Shown piece by piece: positions 1-10,134 of a stretch of 32,000 bases of DNA; within the stretch, counting starts at the first letter, position 1; the number at the start of each line of letters is the position of its first letter. The stretch is from Cylindrospermopsis raciborskii Cr2010. GTDB lineage: Bacteria; Cyanobacteriota; Cyanobacteriia; Cyanobacteriales; Nostocaceae. The translations under genes and the position numbers were made by a program. The stretch is taken from contig NZ_CP065936.1 in the NCBI RefSeq assembly GCF_003367075.2, positions 450,001 to 482,000 of the forward strand. The letters run 5' to 3'. The notes beneath the pieces were generated by a model. The model was not told the origin of the DNA. It saw only the letters and a program-made list of their open reading frames with translations, and did not search any database.

Positions 1-517
1 TACCTGTTTTACTTTTCATAAAGATGATCAGGTGACAGCTAACCCTCTGGCAATCAGTATGGATACGATGTTTGACCTGGAAGATAACTTGCTATTGTTT
101 TTTACGGGCTTTTCTCGTAGTGCTAGTGGCATTCTCAAAGACCAAAAGGAGCGCACCCAAAAAAGTGATAGCGATATGCTGGCTAATCTACATTACGTAA
201 AGGATTTAGGATATCGTAGTAAAGCAGCTCTTGAGTCGGGTGATACCTACCTTTTTGGGCAACTAATGCATGAACACTGGGAACATAAAAAGAAACGCTC
301 CGGGGGAATGAGTAACCCTCAAATTGATGAGTGGTACCAATTGGCCATGAATAATGGTGCCATAGGTGGCAAGTTGGTTGGCGCTGGTGGCGGCGGATTT
401 CTGATGTTTATGGCAAGCGATCGCAATAAGCTACGTCACGCCATGACAAATGCTGGACTAGAAGAAGTTAGGTTCGGTTTTGATTTTGAGGGCACCAAAG
501 TGGTGTTGACATCCTGA
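1..517 (+). CDS. hddA: GHMP-family sugar kinase C-terminus (D-glycero-D-manno-heptose 7-phosphate kinase-like), 5' truncated by window edge
   Basis: Frame is open to the window start. The protein has the GHMP C-terminal motif 'GAIGGKLVGAGGGGFLMFMA' and is followed by hddC/gmhA/gmhB-like genes. Stop/start overlap TGATG at 515-519. Confidence 0.8.
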   Translation, partial: TCFTFHKDDQVTANPLAISMDTMFDLEDNLLLFFTGFSRSASGILKDQKERTQKSDSDMLANLHYVKDLGYRSKAALESGDTYLFGQLMHEHWEHKKKRSGGMSNPQIDEWYQLAMNNGAIGGKLVGAGGGGFLMFMASDRNKLRHAMTNAGLEEVRFGFDFEGTKVVLTS

Positions 518-1215
518 TGCTTCCAGTAGCTATTCTTGCAGGTGGATTGGCCACTAGGCTACGTCCAATTACTGAAAAAATTCCCAAGTCTCTTGTTCCC
601 GTTGCTGGTAAGCCTTTTATTTGTCACCAGTTAAATTACCTGCGTGAACAGGGACTAGAGAAAGTTGTCCTGTGTATTGGTTATCTGGGAGAGATGATCC
701 AAGAAGTGGTAGGAAACGGGGAAAATTTCGGTCTAAGTGTTAATTACTCTCTCGATGGCTCAGTGCTTTTAGGAACCGGAGGCGCTTTAAAACAAGCCTT
801 ACCTCTCCTCGGAGATGAATTTTTTGTTCTATATGGTGACAGTTTTTTGCCTATAGATTTTTCAGCGGTGGAAAATTTTTTCCTAAGTTGTAATAAACCA
901 GCCTTGATGACCATTCTACGTAATGCCAATCAGTGGGACAAGAGTAATGTTATTTTTCGCAATGGAACTCTAGAAGAGTACAATAAGAGTATATATCGTA
1001 CGGACATGGAGTTTATTGACTATGGACTGGGCATCTTGTCTAGATCCGTTCTGGATAAATATCCCATAGCTCAGCCCTTTGATCTGGCAGATGTATACCA
1101 TTCTCTTTCTACGGAAGGAAATCTACTGGGATACCAAGTTCACGAGCGTTTTTATGAAATAGGATCCACTGTGGGTCTTCAAGAAACTGAGACTTACTTT
1201 TTAAGAAAACTTTAG
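517..1215 (+). CDS. hddC: Sugar-phosphate nucleotidyltransferase (D-glycero-alpha-D-manno-heptose 1-phosphate guanylyltransferase-like)
   Basis: N-terminus 'MLPVAILAGGLATRLRPITEKIPKSLVPVAGKPFI' is the nucleotidyltransferase signature. Supported by gene context. Confidence 0.82.
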   Translation: MLPVAILAGGLATRLRPITEKIPKSLVPVAGKPFICHQLNYLREQGLEKVVLCIGYLGEMIQEVVGNGENFGLSVNYSLDGSVLLGTGGALKQALPLLGDEFFVLYGDSFLPIDFSAVENFFLSCNKPALMTILRNANQWDKSNVIFRNGTLEEYNKSIYRTDMEFIDYGLGILSRSVLDKYPIAQPFDLADVYHSLSTEGNLLGYQVHERFYEIGSTVGLQETETYFLRKL

Positions 1216-1229
1216 GAGATAACAACACC

Positions 1230-1829
1230 ATGACCTACGCACAACAACATTTAGAAGAAGCTACACGCATTCTTGAAAAGATAGATTTTAATACTGTTGA
1301 ACAAGTAGCTGACATTTTAGCATCTGTCAAAGCAGAAGAAGGCAGAATATTCTTTCTTGGTGTTGGTGGCAGTGCAGGTAATTGTTCTCATGCGGTTAAC
1401 GACTTTCGTAAAATAGTTGGCATTGAATCATACGCGCCCACAGATAATGTTTCCGAATTAACAGCACGAGTGAATGATGAGGGCTGGGCAACAATCTTTG
1501 TCGAGTGGCTAAAAACCAGCAAGTTGAAGACAAAAGACTGTATTTTCGTATTTTCCGTGGGAGGGGGTAATCTGGAAAAAAACATTAGTCCCAATCTCGT
1601 GGAAGCACTGAAATATGCGGAGACAGTAGGTGCCAAAATTACGGGTGTTGTTGGTCGGGATGGTGGCTATACTGCAAAAGTAGCGGATGCCTGTGTTATT
1701 ATTCCCACAGTAAATCCAGATACTATTACTCCCCATTCTGAAGCGTTCCAGGCAGTTATCTGGCATTTGCTGGTATCCCATCCCAAACTCAAAGCTAATC
1801 AAACAAAGTGGGAATCAACCGTTAAGTGA
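1230..1829 (+). CDS. gmhA: SIS-domain phosphoheptose isomerase-like protein
   Basis: 'FFLGVGGSAGNCSHAVNDFRK' and 'IFVFSVGGGNLEKN', plus context between hddC and gmhB. Confidence 0.8.
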   Translation: MTYAQQHLEEATRILEKIDFNTVEQVADILASVKAEEGRIFFLGVGGSAGNCSHAVNDFRKIVGIESYAPTDNVSELTARVNDEGWATIFVEWLKTSKLKTKDCIFVFSVGGGNLEKNISPNLVEALKYAETVGAKITGVVGRDGGYTAKVADACVIIPTVNPDTITPHSEAFQAVIWHLLVSHPKLKANQTKWESTVK

Positions 1830-2383
1830 ATCAAGCACATAAAGCCGTATTTCTCGACCGAGATGGTGTGATTAATAGGGCCCTAGTCAAGCAGGGAAAA
1901 CCCTATCCCCCTTCTACCATCGATGAGCTTGAGATTCTACCCGGTGTTGATGAAGCATTAAGTTCTCTAAAAAGAGAGGGCTTTCTTCTTATTGTAGTCA
2001 CTAATCAACCAGATGTGGCTAGAGGTAAAACTAAAAGAGAGTTTGTAGATGCAATTAATTCTAGATTGGCTAGTAGTTTACCAATAGATGAGTTTTGTAC
2101 CTGCTTCCATGATGATTCTGACAATTGTGACTGTCGGAAGCCAAAGGCGGGTTCACTATTCTCAGCTGCGACAAGACACGACATCTGTCTGACCTCTAGC
2201 TTTATGGTGGGAGATCGTTGGAGAGACATAGAAGCTGGGTATGGAGCTGGGTGTAGAACCATATTTATTGACTATGGTTACGAAGAAAAACAACCTGATC
2301 GTTTTGACTTCAGGGTCAGTTCCCTTTTTGAAGCTGCTAGAATAATTCTGAAAACTCCGGAGAAATTTGATGAAAAGGATTGA
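1826..2383 (+). CDS. gmhB: HAD-superfamily D-glycero-D-manno-heptose bisphosphate phosphatase-like
   Basis: 'AVFLDRDGVINRALV', 'VVTNQPDVARG' and 'DCRKPKAGSLF' (HAD/HisB-GmhB motifs). Overlaps the upstream stop. Confidence 0.85.
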   Translation: MNQAHKAVFLDRDGVINRALVKQGKPYPPSTIDELEILPGVDEALSSLKREGFLLIVVTNQPDVARGKTKREFVDAINSRLASSLPIDEFCTCFHDDSDNCDCRKPKAGSLFSAATRHDICLTSSFMVGDRWRDIEAGYGAGCRTIFIDYGYEEKQPDRFDFRVSSLFEAARIILKTPEKFDEKD

Positions 2384-3086
2384 CGAACTACAGACCAAGA
2401 TATTTGCCGATGGAGCGGATAAAGCGGGAATGTTGGAAATGTATGAAAAATCCTATATCAAAGGACTTACAACCAATCCTACCCTAATGAGAAAGGCGGG
2501 AATTACCGACTACAAAAGTTTCTGCAAAGACATTCTTCTTTCCATAAAAGATAAACCACTTTCTTTTGAAGTATTCTCCGATGAATTTGAGGAAATGGAG
2601 CGACAAGCTCTTGAGATTTCTAGTTGGGCTGATAATGTTTACGTTAAAATACCGATTACAAATACAAGAGCTGAACCCAGTTATGAACTTGTCGCCAAAT
2701 TGTCTGACAAAGGCGTTAAGTTGAATGTCACTGCACTTATGTCACTGACACAGGTTCGTGATGTTATTTCCGCTCTCAACCCTCACGTACCTAGCTATGT
2801 TTCAATCTTTGCCGGCAGAATTGCTGATACAGGTCGTGACCCGTTGCCAATTATGGCAGCAGCTATAGAATTGTTAAAGATGACCCCCCAGGCTGAGTTA
2901 ATATGGGCCAGTCCCAGAGAGCTACTCAATATATTCCAGGCCGATGCCATAGGTTGTCATGTAATTACAGTCACGAATGATATACTGAAAAAATTGACAC
3001 TTGTCGGATATGATTTGCAACTCTTTTCTTTAGATACAGTCAAAATGTTTTATGATGATGCTTTAAAAGCCGGTTACACTCTCTAA
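2367..3086 (+). CDS. Transaldolase (short, TalC/FSA-like size)
   Basis: 'YIKGLTTNPTLMRKAGI', 'VYVKIPI' (Schiff-base Lys region) and 'VNVTALMSLTQV'-like segment. ATG at 2370 is an alternative start. Confidence 0.85.
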   Translation: MMKRIDELQTKIFADGADKAGMLEMYEKSYIKGLTTNPTLMRKAGITDYKSFCKDILLSIKDKPLSFEVFSDEFEEMERQALEISSWADNVYVKIPITNTRAEPSYELVAKLSDKGVKLNVTALMSLTQVRDVISALNPHVPSYVSIFAGRIADTGRDPLPIMAAAIELLKMTPQAELIWASPRELLNIFQADAIGCHVITVTNDILKKLTLVGYDLQLFSLDTVKMFYDDALKAGYTL

Positions 3087-3189
3087 TAAAACTATCTAGG
3101 AAGAGCTGTTCAATCAATAAACCATACTAAGCTCTTCCTATTATTCTTAACAACACTTAACAACCGTAGTGCATAACCCAAAAAAGTAA

Positions 3190-4194
3190 ATGAGTAAAGA
3201 AAAAATAACTACAGTTAGTATTGTCATTACAACATTCAATGAAGGTGAAAACCTGGATTATTTGTTAAGAGACATCAGCAAACAGGAAGTTGATGGATTG
3301 AAAGTAGAAATAATACTTTTAGAAGCTGGTAGTTATAGTGAAGAAAGAGCAGTTTACTACTTGGGTGATTTGGGTAAGTATCTGAAATTTATACACGCTC
3401 CCAATCTTTCCAGGACAAAATCCTTAAACAAATTATTTGAATTATCAGAGGGAGAATTAATTATTAGACTTGATGCACGTTCTCATATCGCATCGGACTA
3501 TATTAAGCGGATAGTTCAACTTTCCTCTGACAGTGGAGCTGAGAATGTAGGTGGTGTGATGTCTCCCATTGGGAGAACTCCCGATCAACAGTTAATTGCT
3601 GATATTATGAGACATCCATTCTCTTTTGGTGGAGCCAAGTTTAGAAATCATTCTTATTCTGGACTGGTTGACTCTGTTTATCTTGGTGCATTTAGAAAAA
3701 GTATATGTAAGTTTAATGCTAATTGGTTCGATGAGGTACATCCTGGAATTAGTGAAGATTCCGACCTAAATTATAGGATCAGGAGAAACGGAGGAAAGGT
3801 GTACATGGATTCTAGTATAATAGTGCAGTATTTTCCCAGAGAAAACTTAAGCAAGTTCTTCAAACTTTGTTTTAACTTTGGTGTGGGAAGAGGACTTTTC
3901 CTTTGTAAATATCGGACTCTTACAGCTATAAGACAAATATTCCCCATCGCTGTTGTGTTTTTAATACTCTTTCTTGGAGCATTTGGTTTTTACCATATTA
4001 TTTTCCATCATATTCTAATAGGGCTATTTTTGGTTTATGGACTTCTTGTAACATTTTTCTCTATTTCTCTCAAAAAGGATCTGTTGTTTACAATTAAGGC
4101 AATAATTGGTTTCTCTGGATGCCATTTTTTCTATTCTTTTGGAATTTTACTTAGTCCTTATTACTACATTCAAAATCTACGATTTAGTTCATAA
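3190..4194 (+). CDS. Glycosyltransferase family 2 with C-terminal membrane segments
   Basis: 'VSIVITTFNEGENLDYLLRDI' and 'IIRLDARSH' (DxD-like), followed by hydrophobic helices at the C-terminus. Confidence 0.8.
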   Translation: MSKEKITTVSIVITTFNEGENLDYLLRDISKQEVDGLKVEIILLEAGSYSEERAVYYLGDLGKYLKFIHAPNLSRTKSLNKLFELSEGELIIRLDARSHIASDYIKRIVQLSSDSGAENVGGVMSPIGRTPDQQLIADIMRHPFSFGGAKFRNHSYSGLVDSVYLGAFRKSICKFNANWFDEVHPGISEDSDLNYRIRRNGGKVYMDSSIIVQYFPRENLSKFFKLCFNFGVGRGLFLCKYRTLTAIRQIFPIAVVFLILFLGAFGFYHIIFHHILIGLFLVYGLLVTFFSISLKKDLLFTIKAIIGFSGCHFFYSFGILLSPYYYIQNLRFSS

Positions 4195-4368
4195 CAATTA
4201 AAAACTCTGGCATGCTCGTGATCTGAGTTACAAACTCATACATGAACTAGTACATATCCAGTCAATAATAATAGCCCTTGCCATAACTCCTTACTTGTGC
4301 CATCCTGTTTATAATTAGAACCCACTTTCAGCCCAGTTGTTATACTGGTATCCTCTAAATAGCCCATA

Positions 4369-5799
4369 ATGAGATACATGCTAGAAGTAAAACTTGAAAA
4401 TCCCAGATTAAAAATCAATGCTTCCAGAGTCAGCAAAATCTCGCGCTTAATCGCCCCAATTATCTTGACCGCTGACCTCTTTGGACTAGTTATTTCCCTA
4501 GCACTAACATCCTATTTAAGGCTTGGACACGTACAACTCATACTCAACCCAACCACATGGGCATTTGTCTTCCTAATTCTTACAGGGATGTACTTACTAG
4601 ATACATACCATCCCAATAAGCAAATTGCCGGAATGCGAGCTGGGGCCAGGGTCATCGTTAGCAACTCTACCACTGCTCTCCTCTGCTCGCTGTTAATTTA
4701 TCTCGCCAACTCCTGGCAAAAAGATTTATCCTTAGACCCAATAACCTTTCTAATTAGCTTAGTCGCTTTTACAATCTGGGCTATCAATATCCGACTATTG
4801 GCAGCTCAGTGGGAGCGATCGCACGTACAAAATTCCTATTGGCTAATGCTGGGCGCTGGGGATAGGTCTATGAAATTTGCCGACATTTTCTCCCAGACCA
4901 AGCATAGTGGACAATTGATAGTCCTAACGGAAAATCCCTATATACCTAAGCTCAATGGCATGGACCCTCCACTCATCTTAGACAAACTAGATAATCTGCC
5001 CAATTGGGCTGACCAAAAGTGGTCTGGAGTAGTTGTGGGAGATGGCATAGATATATCTGATAACTTACATCAGACATTGATGAAACTTCGCCTACAGGGC
5101 ATTCCAGTGTATAGACTGCCTGATGCTTGTGAAGAACTATGTTGGAAAATCTCCCCCTCTTTGCTAGAAGATCATTGGTTCGCCTTCAGTAGTGGGTTCA
5201 ATTTGGTCTCCGGTAGTCTGAGAATTAGGGTTAAACGTGTCATCGATATTGTCCTAGCGACTCTATTACTAGTAACACTGTTTCCAATTATGGTAGTGGT
5301 GGGAATCTTGATTAAATTGGAGAGTCCCGGACCCATTTTCTATAGCCAGATCCGCACAGGACTCCATGGCAACCCATTTCGAGTGTACAAATTCCGCTCC
5401 ATGTATAAGGATGCGGAAAAAAGAGGGGCCCAATGGGCAAGTGAACGGGATCCCCGGATTACCAAGGTTGGTTACTGGTTGAGGATCTTACGCATTGACG
5501 AACTACCACAAATTTTGAATGTGTTACGGGGAGAAATGAGTCTGATTGGTCCCCGTCCAGAAAGACCAGAATTTGATATCAAGCTGAAAGAGGCCATTCC
5601 TTACTACGAATTGCGTTATCTGGTCAAACCGGGAATTACTGGTTGGGCTCAGGTTCTCTATCCTTATGGAGCTTCCTTGGAGGATTCCTATGAAAAACTG
5701 GCTTATGACCTCTACTACATCAAAAATTATTCTCTATGGTTAGACTTTGCTATCATTTTCAAAACCATCAGAGTGGTCTTTTTAGGTAAAGGTAGATGA
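4369..5799 (+). CDS. Exopolysaccharide polyprenyl glycosylphosphotransferase (WbaP/WcaJ type)
   Basis: Multiple N-terminal TM segments. C-terminal bacterial sugar transferase motifs 'KRVIDIVLATLLL', 'VYKFRSMYKDAEKRG', 'RIDELPQILNVLRGEMSLIGPRPERPEF'. Confidence 0.9.
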   Translation: MRYMLEVKLENPRLKINASRVSKISRLIAPIILTADLFGLVISLALTSYLRLGHVQLILNPTTWAFVFLILTGMYLLDTYHPNKQIAGMRAGARVIVSNSTTALLCSLLIYLANSWQKDLSLDPITFLISLVAFTIWAINIRLLAAQWERSHVQNSYWLMLGAGDRSMKFADIFSQTKHSGQLIVLTENPYIPKLNGMDPPLILDKLDNLPNWADQKWSGVVVGDGIDISDNLHQTLMKLRLQGIPVYRLPDACEELCWKISPSLLEDHWFAFSSGFNLVSGSLRIRVKRVIDIVLATLLLVTLFPIMVVVGILIKLESPGPIFYSQIRTGLHGNPFRVYKFRSMYKDAEKRGAQWASERDPRITKVGYWLRILRIDELPQILNVLRGEMSLIGPRPERPEFDIKLKEAIPYYELRYLVKPGITGWAQVLYPYGASLEDSYEKLAYDLYYIKNYSLWLDFAIIFKTIRVVFLGKGR

Positions 5800-6779
5800 A
5801 TAAAAAGGTTTTAGTGACTGGGGGTGCAGGCTATATTGGCTCCCATGTGGTGCTTCAGTTAGCTGAATCGGGATATGATATAGTAGTATATGATAATTGC
5901 TCCACTGGTACGCCTGATTCCGTACTTCATGGGGAGCTAGTTATTGGTGATTTATCAGATATAGACCGACTTTACCAAATATTTAGCCAGCACAGATTTA
6001 GTGCAGTATTACATTTTGCAGCCAGTTTAGTGGTTCCAGAGTCCGTAGCCCATCCCCTAGACTACTATACTAACAACACCCGTAACACACTCAACCTGCT
6101 ACGGTGCTGTAGTGTGATGGGAGTCAACCAGTTTGTTTTTTCCAGCACAGCTGCAGTTTATGGACAACCCCAGGAAAATCCCGTAACAGAAGAGAGTCCT
6201 ACCTCACCCATTAATCCTTACGGTCGTTCCAAGCTGATGAGCGAGTGGATAATTCAGGATCATGGATTGGCATCTGATTTTCGCTACGTAATTTTACGGT
6301 ACTTTAATGTTGCTGGAGCCGATTCCCGGGGGAGACTTGGTTCCAACTCACCCCATGCCAACCACCTAATTGCCAATGCTTGTAATGTGGCACTGAAACG
6401 CCAACCGGAACTCAAGATTTTCGGTGTGGATTTTCCCACTGTGGATGGTACGGGAGTGCGTGATTATATTCATGTAGAAGATTTAGCTTCAGCCCATGTG
6501 GATGCCTTGAAGTATTTGGAGAATAATGGAACGTCCCAAATTTTAAACTGTGGGTACGGTAAAGGTTATAGTGTGTTGCAAGTAGTAGAAAGAATCAGAG
6601 CTATTTCTGGGATGGATATTCCCATAACCATAGCCAGTCGTCGTCCGGGGGATCCAGCTTGTGTGACTGCTCATGCACAGAAGATTAAGCAAGTTCTCAA
6701 TTGGGAACCTAAGTATGATAACCTGGATGATATAATATCTACCACTCTGGATTGGGAAAAAAGTAAAGCCACCAGGTAA
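5796..6779 (+). CDS. galE: UDP-glucose 4-epimerase-like NAD-dependent epimerase
   Basis: 'KVLVTGGAGYIGSHVVLQL', 'VFSSTAAVYG', 'PINPYGRSKLMSE' and 'GTGVRDYIHVEDL'. ATGA overlap with the upstream CDS. Confidence 0.9.
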   Translation: MNKKVLVTGGAGYIGSHVVLQLAESGYDIVVYDNCSTGTPDSVLHGELVIGDLSDIDRLYQIFSQHRFSAVLHFAASLVVPESVAHPLDYYTNNTRNTLNLLRCCSVMGVNQFVFSSTAAVYGQPQENPVTEESPTSPINPYGRSKLMSEWIIQDHGLASDFRYVILRYFNVAGADSRGRLGSNSPHANHLIANACNVALKRQPELKIFGVDFPTVDGTGVRDYIHVEDLASAHVDALKYLENNGTSQILNCGYGKGYSVLQVVERIRAISGMDIPITIASRRPGDPACVTAHAQKIKQVLNWEPKYDNLDDIISTTLDWEKSKATR

Positions 6780-6970
6780 GTGATTGTTTTAAATTGGACT
6801 CCGTCATTTTTTGCCTTATTCGTGTAAGCTTGACAAGCTCAAGGGATCCAGTAAATTCATTCCCTGGATCAAAGCCCAAGTTGATTGAAAACCGACTAGT
6901 TTTGTCGGATTGTGGGTTGATTGAACCCAATATATGTTTCATCAATTATGTTGTATGTAACCCCTGGAGA

Positions 6971-8930
6971 CAGTCTCCAGGTGTGGTTTAATTCAAACAA
7001 TCCCGGTTAATTCCGTGTGCTTCCCAATCGCCCTCTTAATTTGAGTTAAAATAAAATGCGATCGCATTCCCATGGGGGTATTGTGTTTCGTGTGTGAATC
7101 ACAGACTTCTGCAAGGAGATAAATTCATTCCCTTAGAAATTGACTGGGAACTTGGATGATGATGGCGAGCTCCTGTAGGGAGTGGTTTGCAATTGTATTT
7201 ATACATATCCTGTTGGTTTGTTGGGTTTCGTTCCTCAACCCAACCTACGATTACACGCTACAAAACTAGTCGGTTTTGAACCGACTTGAGCTTTGAGACC
7301 GGGAATTGATTCCAGGTCTACCCCACGGACAGTCTCCAGGTGTGGTTTAATTCAAACAATCCCGGTTAATTCCGTGTGCTTCCCGATCGCCCTCTTAATT
7401 TGAGTTAAAGTAAAATGCGATCGCATTCCCATGGGGGTATTGTGTTTCGTGTGTGAATCACAGACTTCTGCAAGGAGATAAATTCATTCCCTTAGAAATT
7501 GACTGGGAACTTGGATGATGATGGCGAGCTCCTGTAGGGAGTGGTTTGCAATTGTATTTATACATATCCTGTTGGTTTGTTGGGTTTCGTTCCTCAACCC
7601 AACCTACGATTACACGCTACAAAACCAGTCGGTTTTGAACCGACTTGAGCTTTGAGACCGGGAATTGATTCCAGGTCTACCCCACGGACAGTCTCCAGGT
7701 GTGGTTTAATTCAAACAATCCCGGTTAATTCCGTGTGCTTCCCGATCGCCCTCTTAATTTGAGTTAAAGTAAAATGCGATCGCATTCCCATGGGGGTATT
7801 GTGTTTCGTGTGTGAATCACAGACTTCTGCAAGGAGATAAATTCATTCCCTTAGAAATTGACTGGGAACTTGGATGATGATGGCGAGCTCCTGTAGGGAG
7901 TGGTTTGCAATTGTATTTATACATATCCTGTTGGTTTGTTGGGTTTCGTTCCTCAACCCAACCTACGATTACACGCTACAAAACTAGTCGGTTTTGAACC
8001 GACTTGAGCTTTGAGACCGGGAATTGATTCCAGGTCTACCCCACGGACAGTCTCCAGGTGTGGTTTAATTCAAACAATCCCGGTTAATTCCGTGTGCTTC
8101 CCGATCGCCCTCTTAATTTGAGTTAAAGTAAAATGCGATCGCATTCCCATGGGGGTATTGTGTTTCGTGTGTGAATCACAGACTTCTGCAAGGAGATAAA
8201 TTCATTCCCTTAGAAATTGACTGGGAACTTGGATGATGATGGCGAGCTCCTGTAGGGAGTGGTTTGCAATTGTATTTATACATATCCTGTTGGTTTGTTG
8301 GGTTTCGTTCCTCAACCCAACCTACGATTACACGCTACAAAACCAGTCGGTTTTGAACCGACTTGAGCTTTGAGACCGGGAATTGATTCCAGGTCTACCC
8401 CACGGACAGTCTCCAGGTGTGGTTTAATTCAAACAATCCCGGTTAATTCCGTGTGCTTCCCGATCGCCCTCTTAATTTGAGTTAAAGTAAAATGCGATCG
8501 CATTCCCATGGGGGTATTGTGTTTCGTGTGTGAATCACAGACTTCTGCAAGGAGATAAATTCATTCCCTTAGAAATTGACTGGGAACTTGGATGATGATG
8601 GCGAGCTCCTGTAGGGAGTGGTTTGCAATTGTATTTATACATATCCTGTTGGTTTGTTGGGTTTCGTTCCTCAACCCAACCTACGATTACACGCTACAAA
8701 ACCAGTCGGTTTTGAACCGAGTTGAGCTTTGAGACCGGGAATTGATTCCGGGTCTCCCCCACGGACAGTCTCCAGGTGTGGTTTAATTCAAACAATCCCG
8801 GTTAATTCCGTGTGCTTCCCAATCGCCCTCTTAATTTGAGTTAAAGTAAAATGCGATCGCATTCCCATGGGGGTATTGTGTTTCGTGTGTGAATCACAGA
8901 CTTCTGCAAGGAGATAAATTCATTCCCCTA
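6971..8930. repeat. Non-coding tandem repeat array, exact 359-bp period, about 5.5 copies
   Basis: 'CAGTCTCCAGGTGTGGTTTAATTCAAACAATCCCGG' recurs at 6971, 7330, 7689, 8048, 8407 and 8766 (spacing 359 each). No ORF of 60 aa or more lies fully inside. Confidence 0.97.
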
Positions 8931-8953
8931 AATAAATGTTATCATAGCTGCAA

Positions 8954-9568
8954 CTAAAATCTGGTAATTACTCCCCTCACTGAATGAGCTAAAATACCCA
9001 TTATTTTCGATAAATTGTCTAAATAATATTCAGTCAAATCAATCCACACATTGCGATCGCATAGTTTCAAGAACTTCCAAATAGTTCCCGATGTTACAGC
9101 ACCATGAATTTCCTTAATTTCGTTCTCTTCTTGAAGATTAAAATATTGTGCTGCAATCATTTCAGCTATACATTGTCCTAATCCAGCATTTAAATCCTCT
9201 TTTTTGGCTTCCACCAAAGTAATAATTGGCGCGGTGACTAGCAATAAATCATCGGAATAGGTGATTAAAAAATCACAATTGCCATTCAAACCTTGGGAGG
9301 AATCAACCGTAAAATTAACCCCAGAAAACACACCAATATGGTTAGAAAATTGCCTGCGCAAATCGACTAAAATTGGGGCAATCAGCATCTCAGATCGAGA
9401 TTTTTCCGTGTTACTAGCTAATGCTAGGGGAATGTTTTCCTCAAGGATCTCACCCAGTAAAGCACTGGGTGCAAATTCTGGACATTGAGCAAATAAATGG
9501 GCTTTTTCAATTAAATTAAGCCCAAAAGCTTTTTTGACAGATACAAGACTAAAATCACTATAAGCCAT
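8954..9568 (-). CDS. Hypothetical protein with PD-(D/E)XK nuclease-like motif
   Basis: 'GNCDFLITYSDDLLLVTAPIITLVEAKKEDLNAGLGQCIAEMIAAQ' matches the D...E-x-K plus GxxQ pattern of the fold. Confidence 0.6.
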   Translation of the reverse strand: MAYSDFSLVSVKKAFGLNLIEKAHLFAQCPEFAPSALLGEILEENIPLALASNTEKSRSEMLIAPILVDLRRQFSNHIGVFSGVNFTVDSSQGLNGNCDFLITYSDDLLLVTAPIITLVEAKKEDLNAGLGQCIAEMIAAQYFNLQEENEIKEIHGAVTSGTIWKFLKLCDRNVWIDLTEYYLDNLSKIMGILAHSVRGVITRF

Positions 9569-9817
9569 GTTACCATATTATAATACGTAAAGTTTAGTAT
9601 GGTCTTTTTCATTCAGTTTAAAACCGAATTTAGCTCCCTAAGCTCAATCTTGCCCAACCTTAGAAATTTGACTCACTATCTGTTTTCTCCTCGAGAAACA
9701 TACTTAGTACCTTGTGTGAGTGGAATTAAACATAGGATTAACGTAGGTTGGGTTGAGGAGTGCGAAACCCAACAAATCAACAGGATATATATAAATGCGA
9801 TTGGGAAGCACACAGAA

Positions 9818-10057
9818 TTAACTAGGTAAACGTACGGACAGTTCATAGAGTGTTTCTGGCGCAATATCAATTTCCCCGGGCCACACCACTGTGCCATAAT
9901 TGACAGAGGCCAGTCCAAAAAAACCTGGATTTTTCAATGGTTGAAAGACAGTCATGTCCAGATAGGGACGCATATCGAACCGACGTTTTTCGTCATTACT
10001 AAATCTCAAAATAAGATGGAAGTCTGATTCAGCAACAACGGTAAATACTCTTATCAT
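9818..10057 (-). CDS. DUF2442-like small protein
   Basis: 'MIRVFTVVAESDFHLILRFSNDEKRRFDMRPYL...VFQPLKNPGFFGLASVNYGTVVWPGEIDIAPETLYE'. The internal Met (about 10057) is preferred over the 10099 start. Confidence 0.7.
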   Translation of the reverse strand: MIRVFTVVAESDFHLILRFSNDEKRRFDMRPYLDMTVFQPLKNPGFFGLASVNYGTVVWPGEIDIAPETLYELSVRLPS

Positions 10058-10134
10058 AAGACAACCTAACGTAGATATAATTGAGAAATGCGATCGCATT
10101 TTTCTAGGGTAGACATTAATGAGCGGTAATTCCT

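Noticed and set aside
744-929. Antisense ORFs inside the heptose operon (744..929, 1388..1636, 1509..1802, 2005..2262, 2162..2398)
   Set aside because: They overlap well-supported genes on the opposite strand, with no recognisable domains.
6971-8930. Possible CRISPR array from regular spacing
   Set aside because: The whole 359-bp unit repeats with no unique spacers, and no cas genes are recognisable.
9676-9918. 80-aa minus-strand ORF
   Set aside because: Overlaps the DUF2442-like gene in another frame and the common AACCCAACCTACG repeat. Similar peptides arise wherever the repeat occurs (e.g. 17440-17757).
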